In this document: positions 32,384-44,575 of the stretch, one piece after another
How positions within the stretch are numbered: the stretch's first letter is position 1
Layout: the number at the start of each line of letters is the position of its first letter
Assembly (NCBI RefSeq): GCF_009914755.1
Contig: NC_060940.1
Origin: the human T2T-CHM13v2.0 reference genome, Homo sapiens
DNA: 64,000 bases
Reading direction: 5' to 3' (one strand)
Notes under the pieces: model-generated
The model's database searches: none
What the model saw: the letters and a program-made list of their open reading frames with translations, nothing else
What the model was told of the DNA's origin: nothing
Made by a program: the position numbers and the translations under genes

Positions 32384-34054
32384 GTAAGATGAGCGTTCTG
32401 CAGTGGGCCGAGAGTGGCGGGAGAGGGTGTGGATGAGGCCTGGGGAGTCTCTAATAGGCTCTCTGGAAATTAGTTTTGATTTCTTATCTCTAGATGTATA
32501 TACAAATGGCCTTCCCTCTCTTATAGGACATTGCCGTCAATTCCCAGCAGCCTTGATCCTTTCCTTTTCTGATTCAGAAATTACCTGTGGGTGAGGAAGA
32601 GCGTTGCGACAGCTTGTTTCAGTGTCTTCAATTTCTGTTTGAACTCTTTGTACTTCTCATCTTTGCTAAGGAAAAAAAAAATCTCTGGGGTTTGTGCATT
32701 GTATTTCAAGTGTTTTAGCAAATTCAAATTGCCTATTTTTCTTTAGACTTTTGCTTGAAGGCTTGGGAAATAGAGATGGCACCTGGTATAAGAGAAGGGT
32801 CGTGAGAGAGGAAGTATTTGAAAGGCAAGTCCCTCACCGAAGGTCACGTTCATGTGAATGTCACCTTTCAGGGAATTTTTGCAGTGTGGTGAGGTACCTG
32901 TGACGCCCCAATTTTCTTGAGAAATGAAAGAGTTTTGGCAACATGACCGTCTCTGTCAAGTAGAATGGGCATTGCAGTCCCTGTCTCCCTCCTGCCCCTG
33001 GTTGAAGTCACCTTTCCAGCTATGTTTCCATCTTTCTGTCCACCATCTGTTTATCCATCCGTCATCCCTGCAGAGTACATGATGACTGAAAAACTGAGAG
33101 TCTTCAGTGTTTAGGCACTGGGCTTATGAGGCCACAGCCCCTACACTTATGGGATTGACAGTCTCATGGGGGGAACAGTGGTCAGATACTCACATGCAGA
33201 ACCGTAAAATGACAACTGTTCTGAGTGCTTTGAGCTTGACCTTGGGGGCATGCAGGACAGGTAGGCTGCGGGGGGCCAGGCCATGTTAAGGTCCATAGTC
33301 TTTGTCCCATGATGCAATTGACATGTTTTACATAGAGGAATGACATTTTTCTTCCTGAAGGTCCCCCTATTGGCCGAGTGGAGAACAGACAGAAGAGGCC
33401 TGAGAGTGGGAGGTGGTGGAGGCAGGGGGAGGCAATGGGGGCCCCAGACTAGTGGCTGCGGAGATGGAGAGCGACGGACTGGTCGGAGAGTCGTTGAGGG
33501 ACTGAGTTGATGAGACATGGCACTAAAGTGACCACTGGGTTAGGGCGGGAGAAATGTCAGGGCTGGCCCTGGTTTCTGGTGATGGGGAGCCAGGTTTTTA
33601 GCTGGGGGTGGATTTGCCGAAGGTCTGTTGCTGTCTTTTACTATCATTTACTGTCTCCCTGCTTGGAAAGTATGAATTACTGATAGGACTAGCAATCTAC
33701 CTTCTTACCAGTAGTAACTGCATGTTACCTCCTTTCAGCTTGATTACATTCATTTTTGTAACTTCACAAGGGTGTTTGTGTTGCTTGCTTGTGCCGGAGG
33801 TTGTATGGAATGCATCTTCCAGCTAGACAGAGCCACTCGGATTCCCCTGGGAATCGTGTACTCAGCAGACCCAAAACCCGACTGCTGACAGTTGCCCTCC
33901 ATGAGCCCCTCTGTGGTCTTTTCTGATTCAGATATGGCAGCTCCCGCTTTCTCCTTGTTTCTTGATTCTTATTTCCCTTGAACCCTAGGCCCAGCCAATT
34001 CCCCAACAAAGCCTTGGCTTTACAATCAAAATACACCCATCATCTAGTCCCTTT

Positions 34055-34353
34055 TTACCACTTGGCCCTCAGCCTTGGTCTGACCCCCCTCTGGGGTCAC
34101 TGTAGCAGCTTCCCAGCTGGCCTTCCCTTCTTACCACGTGGCCCTCAGCCCTGGTCTGACCCCCTCCGGGATCACTGCAGCAGCTTCCCAGCTGGGCTTT
34201 GCTTCTTACCACGTGGCCCTCAGCCCTAGTCTGACCCCCTCTGGGATCATTGCAGCAGCTTCCCAGCTGGCCTTCCCTTCTCACCACGTGGCCCTCAGCC
34301 CTGGTCTGACCCCCCTCTGGGATCACTGCAGCAGCTTCTCAGCTGGCCTTCCT
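34055..34353. repeat. Minisatellite, about 4 copies of a 75-76 bp unit, embedded in L2-like sequence
   Basis: Unit tggccctcagccctggtctgacccc...cagcagcttcccagctggccttcccttcttaccacg; cacgtg at 34135, 34210, 34285. Confidence 0.92.
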
Positions 34354-35243
34354 GTTTCCGCCATTGCTTTGTGTATTTTCCATGAAGGAGCAAACGATTT
34401 CTTTTATCATACCATTCCTCGACTGAAAACTCCAGTGGCTCCAGGTCGGCACCAAGCCTGTGAAGCCTCAGTCTGACATCTGCTGCCCCTTGGACCTCTC
34501 TGTTGGATATGACTCTTCCGTGGGCCCCTGTGCCCCAGGCTGGACTGGTGTTGCCATTGCTTGAACATCTGAGTGAGCTTTCTCTCCAAGGACTTTGCAC
34601 TTGGCATCGCTTTGCCCAAGCTACTGTTTACCCAGAGAGCTGCGTGGCGCATTCTCTCCCTTCCTTCAGACCTTTGCTCAATGTCACCTTATCAGAAAGG
34701 CCTTGACTGTCCCTTTAATGTAAAACAGTGCTCCGGGCTCTCCGTCTTCCCACACTGCTTTATTTTTCTTTATTGCACTTTTCCTCTGGTATTATTTTTC
34801 TCTTTATTTTCAGCCCCTTCCCACTGAAACGTGGATTCCACAGGGGTAGGAAGTGTGGTCTGTTTTGTTGATGCTGTATCCTTGGTGCCTAGTTCTCTAT
34901 CAGAGCAGTTCTCAGCGAAGGTAGAATGGAGAACAGAGGATGGTGGTGTGGAGAAAACTCCGTGTCCTACATGGAAGCTACAAGCTTATATCCAGTCGCC
35001 ATAAAATCAACCGTATTTCATTCCAGCCCAGATCTACCAGATACTGCCACCATCACTGCGAAGCTCAGTTGTTATTTTTTGTGAAACTACTAGTTTATTT
35101 AAAACAGAAGACTCCGCCACTGTGGTGTCATGATAAGATGTCCAGTTTGTAACTCGCAAGTCCATACTCGTAGAAAGGTCAAATTCCCACTGACCACAAG
35201 GATACGCAACCACGTCCTAGGGGCCGCCATTTCTTTCTTCTAG

Positions 35244-35462
35244 GTCTTCCATCGACAGTGAACCCGCCTTGGTCTTAGGCCCTCTGAAGTCTGTGCAGGA
35301 GCTGCGGAGGGAGCAGCAGCTGGCTGAGATCGAGGCCCGCAGGCAGGAGAGGGAGAAAAACGGCAATGAGGAAGGTGAAGAAAGAATGACCAAGCCTCCC
35401 GTGCAGGAGATGGTAGATGAGTTACAAGGCCCCTTCTCGTATGATTTCTCTTACTGGGCGCG
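35244..35462 (+). CDS. NOMO3: NOMO exon 19 (219 bp): SSIDSEPALVLGPLKSVQELRREQQLAEIEARRQEREKNGNEEGEERMTKPPVQEMVDELQGPFSYDFSYWA(R); includes a charged, coiled-coil-like segment
   Basis: ttctag|GTCTTC...GCGCG|gtaagc; ORF 35269..35466. Confidence 0.96.
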
Positions 35463-35547
35463 GTAAGCTCTCTTGTGCGTTTCCCTACAGTGTCCTCTGT
35501 TTTGTGGGGATAGGACCCGCCAAACTGAAGTATATTAATTATTTTAG

Positions 35548-35630
35548 GTCTGGAGAGAAAATCACTGTTACACCGTCATCTAAAGAGCTGCTCTTTTATC
35601 CCCCTTCAATGGAAGCCGTTGTCAGTGGAG
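35548..35630 (+). CDS. NOMO3: NOMO exon 20 (83 bp): SGEKITVTPSSKELLFYPPSMEAVVSG(E)
   Basis: ttttag|GTCTGG...GGAG|gtaaat; ORF 35417..35710. Confidence 0.96.
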
Positions 35631-35775
35631 GTAAATGTCAACTCAGCGAGCGAATGTCACACACACCTTTGCAGTTGTTCCCTTGCCTGCATTTACAAGT
35701 AGATTTGTGATGTTATAGTGAAGCCATCTTTGTAAGCCACCTTACATCCTCTCTGGCACACAGATGTTACTGTTG

Positions 35776-35870
35776 GTTGGATGGATGGATGGATGGATGG
35801 ATGGATGGTTGGGTTGGATGGATGGATGGATGGATGGATGGATGGATGGATGGATGGATGAATGAATGAT
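35776..35870. repeat. (GGAT)n microsatellite
   Basis: Seen directly. Confidence 0.95.
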
Positions 35871-36570
35871 TTAGATAAATAAAAGTAACTTTTGCTGTTA
35901 GAATTGAGTTGATCTTTTTGGAAAAGGACTTGGTTTTCTTTGACATTATCAGGTCGACACCAGAAGGTAGATGAAGCACAAAGCTGCCAGTGATGATCTT
36001 TAATGATCTTTCTGTTGTTTGGCAGAGCATGATGGGAGGGTCTTTTTTTGGGGAATGGATGACTGAAGTGATCACTTGTGGAGTATTTGTCTTTTGCCAC
36101 TTATTATTTTTTTCCCAGCACTCTGGCTTCGTTAAGTTGTGGGTGTTATGTGGTTCGCGTTTGGAAGCAGAGGGTGTTGAAGAGCGTGACTTCTAGCAGG
36201 CAGGCTGTTTGGGGCGGTCTTTCTCAGTGGGTCCTCCAGAGGCTGAGCAGCACGGCCTCCTGTCTGCTGTAAAGTGTTCCCTCCTGATCTGTGGCCTCCT
36301 GAGAACCTAGGAAGAGTAGTAGTAAAAACCCAGCCTTCAGCGTTTTTTGATTCTCTTGCTAAAGTCCTTCACACTGAGAAAGGCCTTTCAGGGATGGAAA
36401 GAGGCTTGGGCTGTATCCGATTATTGAGCTCCCCGGGGTGTTAAATAACCGCATTTGGAACTAGCTTCTAAGATCTGTTTTAGCCACTTTTGTCATGGGA
36501 AACCCCCAACCAAGAAGCTCCTGTCTCTGCTACCAAGCCCCATCCTTGTGTTTATTTCTTCCCCTCTTAG

Positions 36571-36730
36571 AAAGCTGCCCAGGGAAGCTGATCGAGATCC
36601 ACGGGAAGGCAGGCCTGTTTTTAGAAGGCCAGATCCACCCCGAGTTGGAAGGAGTCGAGATTGTCATCAGTGAAAAGGGGGCAAGTTCACCGCTGATCAC
36701 AGTCTTTACTGATGACAAAGGTGCCTACAG
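36571..36730 (+). CDS. NOMO3: NOMO exon 21 (160 bp): ESCPGKLIEIHGKAGLFLEGQIHPELEGVEIVISEKGASSPLITVFTDDKGAY(S)
   Basis: tcttag|AAAGC...TACAG|gtgagc; ORF 36495..36734. Confidence 0.96.
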
Positions 36731-36875
36731 GTGAGCCCGGGATAGAGACACATTTGCCTGGGATCAGCGTGGGAGTCCTCTGAAGAAACTGGGGCCCACA
36801 TTTCCTTGGGCTTGGTAAGGCTTCCTGCAGGGTGTGAACAAAGCCGTTGCTAGCATTCTGCTCTCTCCTCTTCAG

Positions 36876-37002
36876 TGTTGGCCCCCTGCACAGTGACCTG
36901 GAGTACACGGTGACCTCACAGAAGGAGGGCTATGTTCTGACTGCAGTGGAAGGAACCATCGGAGACTTCAAGGCCTATGCCCTGGCAGGCGTAAGCTTTG
37001 AG
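36876..37002 (+). CDS. NOMO3: NOMO exon 22 (127 bp): VGPLHSDLEYTVTSQKEGYVLTAVEGTIGDFKAYALAGVSFE
   Basis: cttcag|TGTTGG...TTTGAG|gtaact; ORF 36847..37047. Confidence 0.96.
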
Positions 37003-37255
37003 GTAACTAACACTGTATTTTCAAAAGGCAGTTATACTGAGGTATAATTAACATATAATAAACTGCACAAAAAGGGTACAGTGTGGTAGTCTTGACCTAG
37101 GAATACACCCATGAAAACACCTCCACAATTAAAATAGCACATCTGTGGCCCTCAAGGTTTCCTCCTGCCCCTTGGTAATCCCTCCCTGCCACCCTTCCGC
37201 TGAGCTGATGATCTGCTTTTCATCACCATTGGTTAGTTTGCATTTTCGAGTTTTT

Positions 37256-37336
37256 ATAGGTTGGTGCAAAAGTGATTGTGGTTTTTGCCATTGAGAATAA
37301 TGGCAGAAACCGCAATCACTTTTGCACCAACCTGTA
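37256..37336. mobile_element. MADE1 (Hsmar1-derived MITE) palindrome, nested in an old L1 fragment
   Basis: taggttggtgcaaaagtgattgtggtttttgccatt-gagaat-aatggcagaaaccgcaatcacttttgcaccaacctg, TA-flanked. Confidence 0.92.
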
Positions 37337-37609
37337 TATAAATGGAATCAAACAGGATATACTGTTGTTTTTTTTTTTTTTTTGGTCTGACTTCTTTCAC
37401 GTAGCATAATTTGGAGAGCTGTTGACTTTAGCATGTTTGTGTACCTTCTGGGAAGTAGTTAAAGCTGTCATCCATAACTGTTCCATTTTGAAGGACACAG
37501 AATGTTCTTACTGAGGCGTTTGCTGCCTAGCTCCCTTCCACCGGTCCTTTCTGGGAAGAAGCGTGCTGCGATTGTACAGGGTGGGTCTGGAGATCGTTGA
37601 GAATGAATA

Positions 37610-38420
37610 TTTATAAACTATAGGCCAAAGGAAAAGAGTGACAGATTACATCGCATAAAAATTTAAAATTCTATATTGCTGAATACATTTGGAACCAAAC
37701 TGAAAGATATTCAAACTCGGAAGAAATGTTTGTATCATAAATAATATCCCCATTTTACAAGGAGCTCCTAAAATTGGTAAGAAAAAGACAACCCACTAGA
37801 AAAAAAATGAACAAAGATTATGAAAAGGAAATTCATGGAAGTAACGCAGGTGACTAATAAACACAGAAACACAAAGCCTCTGTAGTTACTGAGGAAATGT
37901 GCTAAGGAAGTTACAGTCGAAACACTGTTTTGCAGGGATTAGATTTGCTGTAATTAAGACAATCTCTATTTTTTGGTAAGTGTGGGTTTTCCCAAGCATA
38001 AATAATTTATGGGACTGTAAGTGGTTACAGCCACTTTGGAATGCAATTAGATAGTATCTTTCTGAATTTAAAGTGCATGTATCCAACAATTCTACTTCTA
38101 GGAATGGATTGTTCAGGAAATAAAACTAAGTGCCTAGAGATACATATTTGGGGATATTCCAATTGTCTCTTGTGTACCACAAGAGTAGGTGCTGTGGTTT
38201 GTCAAACCCTGCCTTAGAATGCTATGCAGTAGTTAAGAAACAGGCAGATTTCTATTGGCTGGCAGAAGAGAACCAGGATAAATTGTTGAGGAAGAGAGCA
38301 AGTTGCAGAACTGTACATATAACATGCCATTTTTATTTCACCTCCTCCACCCACTCAATGAACTTGCCAGTCTGTGAACAATAATATGTAATGTTTATAA
38401 AATTTGTGTGGGCATAGAAA
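37610..38420 (+). mobile_element. Old L1 (L1ME-like) fragments
   Basis: aagaaaaagacaacccactagaaaaa; gggactgtaagtggttacagccactttgga; caattctacttctagga. Confidence 0.7.
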
Positions 38421-38427
38421 GAGTTCT

Positions 38428-38794
<367 letters not shown>

Positions 38795-38929
38795 TTAGGT
38801 CCCCTGTCCTCCTTTGAGTAACAATAAAAGAAAAAAACCTTGAAAAAATGACCTCTTGACTTGTGGAACTGTTATTTTCATAGTTAGTAGGAGTTTAACC
38901 TTGCTCTGGTCTCACCTTCTCATCCCCAG

Positions 38930-39043
38930 ATAAAAGCTGAGGATGACCAGCCCCTCCCGGGAGTCCTCTTATCCCTGAGTGGTGGCCTGTTTCGTTCCAA
39001 CCTCTTGACCCAGGACAACGGCATTCTGACATTCTCAAACCTG
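38930..39043 (+). CDS. NOMO3: NOMO exon 23 (114 bp): IKAEDDQPLPGVLLSLSGGLFRSNLLTQDNGILTFSNL
   Basis: ccccag|ATAAAA...AACCTG|gtaacg. Confidence 0.96.
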
Positions 39044-39677
39044 GTAACGTGTTCTGCAATTTACCACCTGCCTGTCTTCCCTGAGAGAGAGCCAGGATGC
39101 AGCATGCGAGACTTATGTGTTGCTTGACAACGTGAGAAGAGAAGGCCAATGTGGAGTGGTTTCAGTTTCTTGGGGGCCCACGGTCATTAGAGTATTGCTC
39201 TTACTCGAACTTAATGCTGCTGATTCATGTTCCCTTCCACACGCGCTTCTTGTTTTCTGATCACCCGCTTGTCACTAAGACAGTGTAATTAATTTCCCTG
39301 GCCACAACGGCTGCTCTCTTAGGCGTCTTCTCGTTTTGCCACAGAATCATGTTTATGATGCTGAGTCTTGTTTGGTGGTTAGCTTGCGTTTCTTCTGAAA
39401 AGACATTCCACTTGGTGGGAAGAGAGCAGCAGTTTTTCTTTCAAGATGCAGTCGGAGGCCCTGACTGGTGGGGATTCAGGAAGTGTGTGTTAGTTGGTCA
39501 TCTTGTCAGTCATGGTGACAAAGTGGCTGTGGTGGGGCTACTGGAGACCGGGCAGTGGGGGCATCTGAAGACACCACTTTGCAGTGATGCAGACTGCTCC
39601 TTACTTGCTGTGTCCTATCAGGCAAGTTACTTTGCCTCTCTGAGCCTCAGTTTCTTTATTCATTAAATTCAAATATG

Positions 39678-39976
39678 AGCCAGGTATGGTGGCCCACGCC
39701 TGTAATCCCACCGCTTTGGGAGGGTGAGGCAGTAGGATCGCTTGAGCTTGGGAGTTTGAGACCAGCAACATAGGAAGACCCCATCTCTACAAAAAATAAA
39801 AAAATTAGCTGGGCATGGTGGTGCATGCCTGTGGTCCCAGGTACTCAGGAGGCCGAGGTGGGAGATTTGCTTGAGCCCAGAAGGTTGAGACTACGGTGTG
39901 CTGTGATCGTGCACTCCATCCTGGGGGACAGAGTCAGGCCCTGTCTCAGAAAAAAAAAAAAAAAAGAAAAGAAAAA
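39678..39976 (+). mobile_element. Alu (AluJ-like) inserted in a MIR
   Basis: Consensus, TSD aaatatga; MIR core just upstream. Confidence 0.88.
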
Positions 39977-40221
39977 TTAAATATGACTTCTACCTCTCTG
40001 AGTCATTGCAGGCAGGTGATACCATCAGCTGCCGTTGTTAGAGTTGTGATTGCCACTACCTGACTGTGAGTGGTGATTATAGAGAGAGGGTTACTATTTT
40101 TGGCTGCCAGGGAAGCCATGGCGCTCCCCTGGTGTAATTCTGGTCCATCGTGACATTCGCCCCTCACTTTTAAGCCATGCCTAGATGTGGCTGCTGAGGC
40201 TCAGTGTGATTATCTTGGCAG

Positions 40222-40349
40222 AGCCCTGGCCAGTATTACTTCAAACCCATGATGAAGGAGTTCCGGTTTGAGCCATCCTCACAGATGATCGAGGTGCAGG
40301 AAGGCCAGAACCTGAAGATCACCATCACGGGGTACCGAACCGCTTACAG
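40222..40349 (+). CDS. NOMO3: NOMO exon 24 (128 bp): SPGQYYFKPMMKEFRFEPSSQMIEVQEGQNLKITITGYRTAY(S)
   Basis: tggcag|AGCCCT...TACAG|gtaagt. Confidence 0.96.
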
Positions 40350-40593
40350 GTAAGTGCCCTGGCCACCCCACTCTCTTCCAGGGCTGGGCTGGTGAATCAC
40401 ATTCAGGCCTCTGTTGCCTGGAAACGCATCCCAGGCTTCACACTGATTTTACTTGGGAGGGAAGGGAGATGAGATATGAGGGCAAAGGAGTTTTGACTGC
40501 TGCCCTTCTCTCCTAGGAGCTCAACCTGGTGGTTCAGTCTCAAATTTCCTATTTTGGAATTGGCTTGAGAGAGCCTATTGAGTTGCTAAAAGC

Positions 40594-40888
<295 letters not shown>

Positions 40889-41107
40889 ACTTTTATTTTT
40901 TAAAAGAGTTTCAAACCTGAATTACATCATTAAAAGGAGAAAATGTGCTCAGTTGAATAAAACTTCAAAATGCTGAAAAGAGTATAGTGTAAAATTTCCC
41001 CTCTGTCTCGTCTCCTAGCCACCCAAGTTCCTCTTCTGGGAGACAACCAGTACTTCCAGTTTTTCTGAATGCTCCCAGCTGTAGATAGATAGATACACAT
41101 GAGTGTC

Positions 41108-41254
41108 TGGCAAGGCACAGTGGCTCACACCTATAATCCCAGCACTTTTGGAGGCTGAAGTGGGAAGTTCTCTTGAGTCTGGAAGTTCAAGACCAGCCTA
41201 GGCAACATAGCAAGACCCCGTCTCTACAAAAAAATAAAAATACAAAATAAAAAA
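41108..41254 (+). mobile_element. FLAM / Alu left monomer
   Basis: Single monomer with A-tail, TSD agatacaca. Confidence 0.82.
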
Positions 41255-41748
41255 GATACACATCTATAGATAGAGAGATGCATACATATATACATGTATA
41301 CACACAGATACACACATATGTGTATTTTTTGTAGACTTATACAGAATCACTTTAGAGGAAGAGTAATTGGAAAGATTGGGTTTAGAAAAATGGACCATTT
41401 TCTACTGAATATATGGAATGAAAGAGGAAGTGAGTTATTTCCATGTTATTGAAAGCTCCATTATTTCAAATAAAGCCTAGAAAGAATAAAATAAAGCTTT
41501 AGCCTTCTTAAATTACAATTTTCCAGAGCATCCCTCAAAATGTATGAGAAAAGAAATTGATGGCAGCTTATCCCTCCGGCAGGAAGGTGTGGTTTGAAAG
41601 TGGGCCGGCCACACCGAGTTGCCTGGGTCATTGAGGCACAGTTCTCCCCTGAACTATTTTGCCCCATAATTGTTGGTAAACGGGAAACACTTGGGTCCTT
41701 CAGATAACCATGAGAATATCTCATTCGTGCCTGTTCTTGCCATACTAG

Positions 41749-41890
41749 TTGCTATGGCACAGTGTCTTCCTTAAACGGAGAGCCCGAACAAGGGGTTGCC
41801 ATGGAAGCGGTGGGCCAGAACGACTGCAGCATTTACGGAGAAGACACCGTGACAGACGAAGAGGGCAAGTTCAGATTACGTGGATTGCTG
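41749..41890 (+). CDS. NOMO3: NOMO exon 25 (142 bp): CYGTVSSLNGEPEQGVAMEAVGQNDCSIYGEDTVTDEEGKFRLRGLL
   Basis: tactag|TTGCTA...TTGCTG|gtgaga; ORF 41762..41974. Confidence 0.96.
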
Positions 41891-42798
41891 GTGAGACTTG
41901 GAATGTGTTTTCTTTGGGGACTTTTTTTTCATCCTGTGTCCAGAAGTATCTTGTGGTGGCCCCAAGACTGCTAGGAGTGGGTTGGGCGAGAGGGCTGGGG
42001 GTGGGGCTCTGGAGCCCTCCCAGTTCTTACCTTTAATTGGTAGAGTTTGCCTTTTTTCTAGCCAACAGGTCAGATCAAGGATCTGTGGCACAATGGAGTT
42101 GGAAAACCATGGGTTTGGTAGGGCTTTTCCCTAGCAGTATGTGGCCATGGCTTACGCCAGGGCTCAAGCCAAACGCCTATGGAGCCAGAAGAGCAGTATG
42201 AACGGGGGAGAGGAGGCTGTGCGAAATGATAGGGAGTGGTGAGGGCTGTGGAGTGGGCACGGCCTGTGGAAAGGGACAGCCTGTCACTTGGTTCCAGCTT
42301 ATTGTAGCCATGGGGGAAGACAGAGTCAGGGTTGCCAGATCCTTGAAATTTTAAAAAGAGAAGTCAGAAATTCCCACTTCCCAGAAATAATACCCAACAC
42401 AAGCATTTGGGAATGCTTATGGTGGACATTCCAGATATCCATCAATGTGTATATACGGGTAGAGGGGAGGGGTGGATGGAGAGGAAAAACATCTTAGAAG
42501 AGTAAGAGCACATAGTATGCTTGGAATTTTGAAATAAGAAACCAAATTTGATTTATTTTGGGGTAGGAGAAAATGAAACTGAGTTGGGATGGAAGGAGTC
42601 GCAAAATTTCAGATGTTTCAACACTAGGGGTGTTCTTAAAGGAACTCTGGACTCTTAAGGTTAACAGGCCACAGATTAGGAAATGAGGGGAGAGAAATGC
42701 TCCTGTCTTAATGATCTCGTGCAGCCAAACCAGGCTTGGACCAGGCACGATACGACAAGCCCCCTTTCTAGAGAACTGACTCCTGAGTTTTTTTGCAG

Positions 42799-42882
42799 CC
42801 GGGATGTGTGTACCACGTTCAGCTCAAGGCAGAAGGCAACGACCACATTGAGCGGGCGCTCCCCCACCATAGGGTGATTGAG
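42799..42882 (+). CDS. NOMO3: NOMO exon 26 (84 bp): PGCVYHVQLKAEGNDHIERALPHHRVIE
   Basis: ttgcag|CCGGGA...ATTGAG|gtaagg; ORF 42793..43002. Confidence 0.96.
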
Positions 42883-43529
42883 GTAAGGCATTCAGTGCTG
42901 CCGCTGCACCTGGGTGTGGGTGCCTCCCTAATCAGAAGTCCTCCCGTCTCCTCTGGCTGTCTGCCTTTCATCTGTGGCGGGGGGAACTTTCATCCTAATT
43001 AAGGGTCCTCTTAGAATAGTGTCATCTTCACAAGCAGAATCTTATGTGGGTTTTTAGTGAACAGCGTTGCTGTCATGCATCCAGAAAGGAAATTGGAACT
43101 GTTGTATCCTCCCCGCGACTTGCCCTGTAAGCTCTGATCATTATTCTGCAAGTTAAGGAACTTAAGGCCTAAGCAGCATTTCAAATCAAGGGACAATAAT
43201 AGCACATGGGCTTAATGGGTGGCAGGGCCACGCAGTTATCTTAGGTTCAGATGACCTTTTTCCTGCTCCCATTTTGTGGGCAGAGTCTTTTGATACTCAA
43301 GATCATGACCTAGCTAAATTAATCCCTAAAGAGGACATCCTTCGAGTCACAGAATGTGGCCTGGGAATCATTTGAAGTAAGGCTTTTCTCTTACTGAGTA
43401 ACTCTCATTGGGAAGACTAGAGGGCTTAGGTAGGGCAAGAGGGGCTGCCTCTTAGTGGCTTTATTTAGGTGGCTTCATTATGCATGAAGATTGTGAGGGA
43501 GGATAGAACTTTTGACCTAGGAAGTGGAT

Positions 43530-43835
43530 TTTCTTTTTTTTTTCTTTTTTTTTTTTTTGAGATGGAGTCTCACCCTGTCACGCAGGATGGAGTGCAGTGC
43601 CGTGATCTCGGCTCACTGCAACCTCCTCCTTGTGGGTTCAAGTGATTTTCCCACCTCAGCCTGTAGCTGGGACTACAGGCATACACCATCACACCCGACT
43701 AATTTTTGTATTTTTAGTAGAGACGGGGTTTCACCATGTTGGCCAGATTGGTCTTGAACTCCTGACCTCAGGTGATCTGCTCGCTTCGGCCTCCCAAAGT
43801 GCTGGGATTACAGGCATGAGCCACCGCACCGGGCC
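43530..43835 (-). mobile_element. Alu (AluS-like)
   Basis: Antisense consensus, TSD ggaagtggattt. Confidence 0.9.
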
Positions 43836-44060
43836 GGAAGTGGATTTCCTTGACGTCTTTACGGTGTTGGCATTTTAAATGGCTGGGATGACTGCATCTC
43901 ACACCAAAATGCTTTGCATGTTCTCGGTGTAGTAACTTAGGCCAGGATCACTAGCATAATGTGGACTGTGGCCGGGCAGGTATGAAAGGGAAGGGGGCCG
44001 GCCCTCTGGGATCTCGCAAACTCCATGTACAGACCTCACGCAGAGGGGGTGCTGTGACTC

Positions 44061-44402
44061 TGCCCCTGCTCTAACAGGCAAGAGCATCCTTCTCCTCTTT
44101 TTTTTTAAGAGAAGCTGGAAAATCTGGCTTCATATATGAAATTTCTTAATTTTTAACATGTTGGCAAGTAATTCAAACGTAGAAAAAAAATACTGTGCTT
44201 TCGAAATGAAATGTGTCTATGGGCCAGGGATATGCCCCTGCTCTAACAGGCAAGAGCATCCTTCTCCTTTTTTTTTAAGAGAAGCTGGAAAATCTGGCTT
44301 CATATATGAAATTTCCTAATTTTTAACATGTTGGCAAGTAATTCAAACGTAGAAAAAAAATACTGTGCTTTCGAAATGAAATGTGTCTATGGGCCAGGGA
44401 TA
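44061..44402. repeat. Near-perfect tandem duplication (172 + 170 bp)
   Basis: Both copies run tgcccctgctctaacaggcaagagc...tatgggccagggata. Confidence 0.95.
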
Positions 44403-44575
44403 GCCATCTTCTGTCGGTTTGTGACCTTGGACGTAGGGTACTCAATGACAAACTTAGCTTCCTTAATGTAAGAAGCAAAGTTTGCCATGAAGCAGCTCTC
44501 AGGCCATCGGACAGCTGGCATAGAAGTTCCTCCACCAGCTTTCTCATTACTGGCATTCCCTCTTTCTCTCTCTAG

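Noticed and set aside
34055-34353. Regularly spaced repeats that superficially resemble a CRISPR array
   Set aside because: The units are contiguous near-identical copies with no unique spacers, in human intronic DNA with no cas genes.
35693-36100. Minus-strand ORFs with (IHPS)n repeats
   Set aside because: Translation of the (GGAT)n microsatellite.
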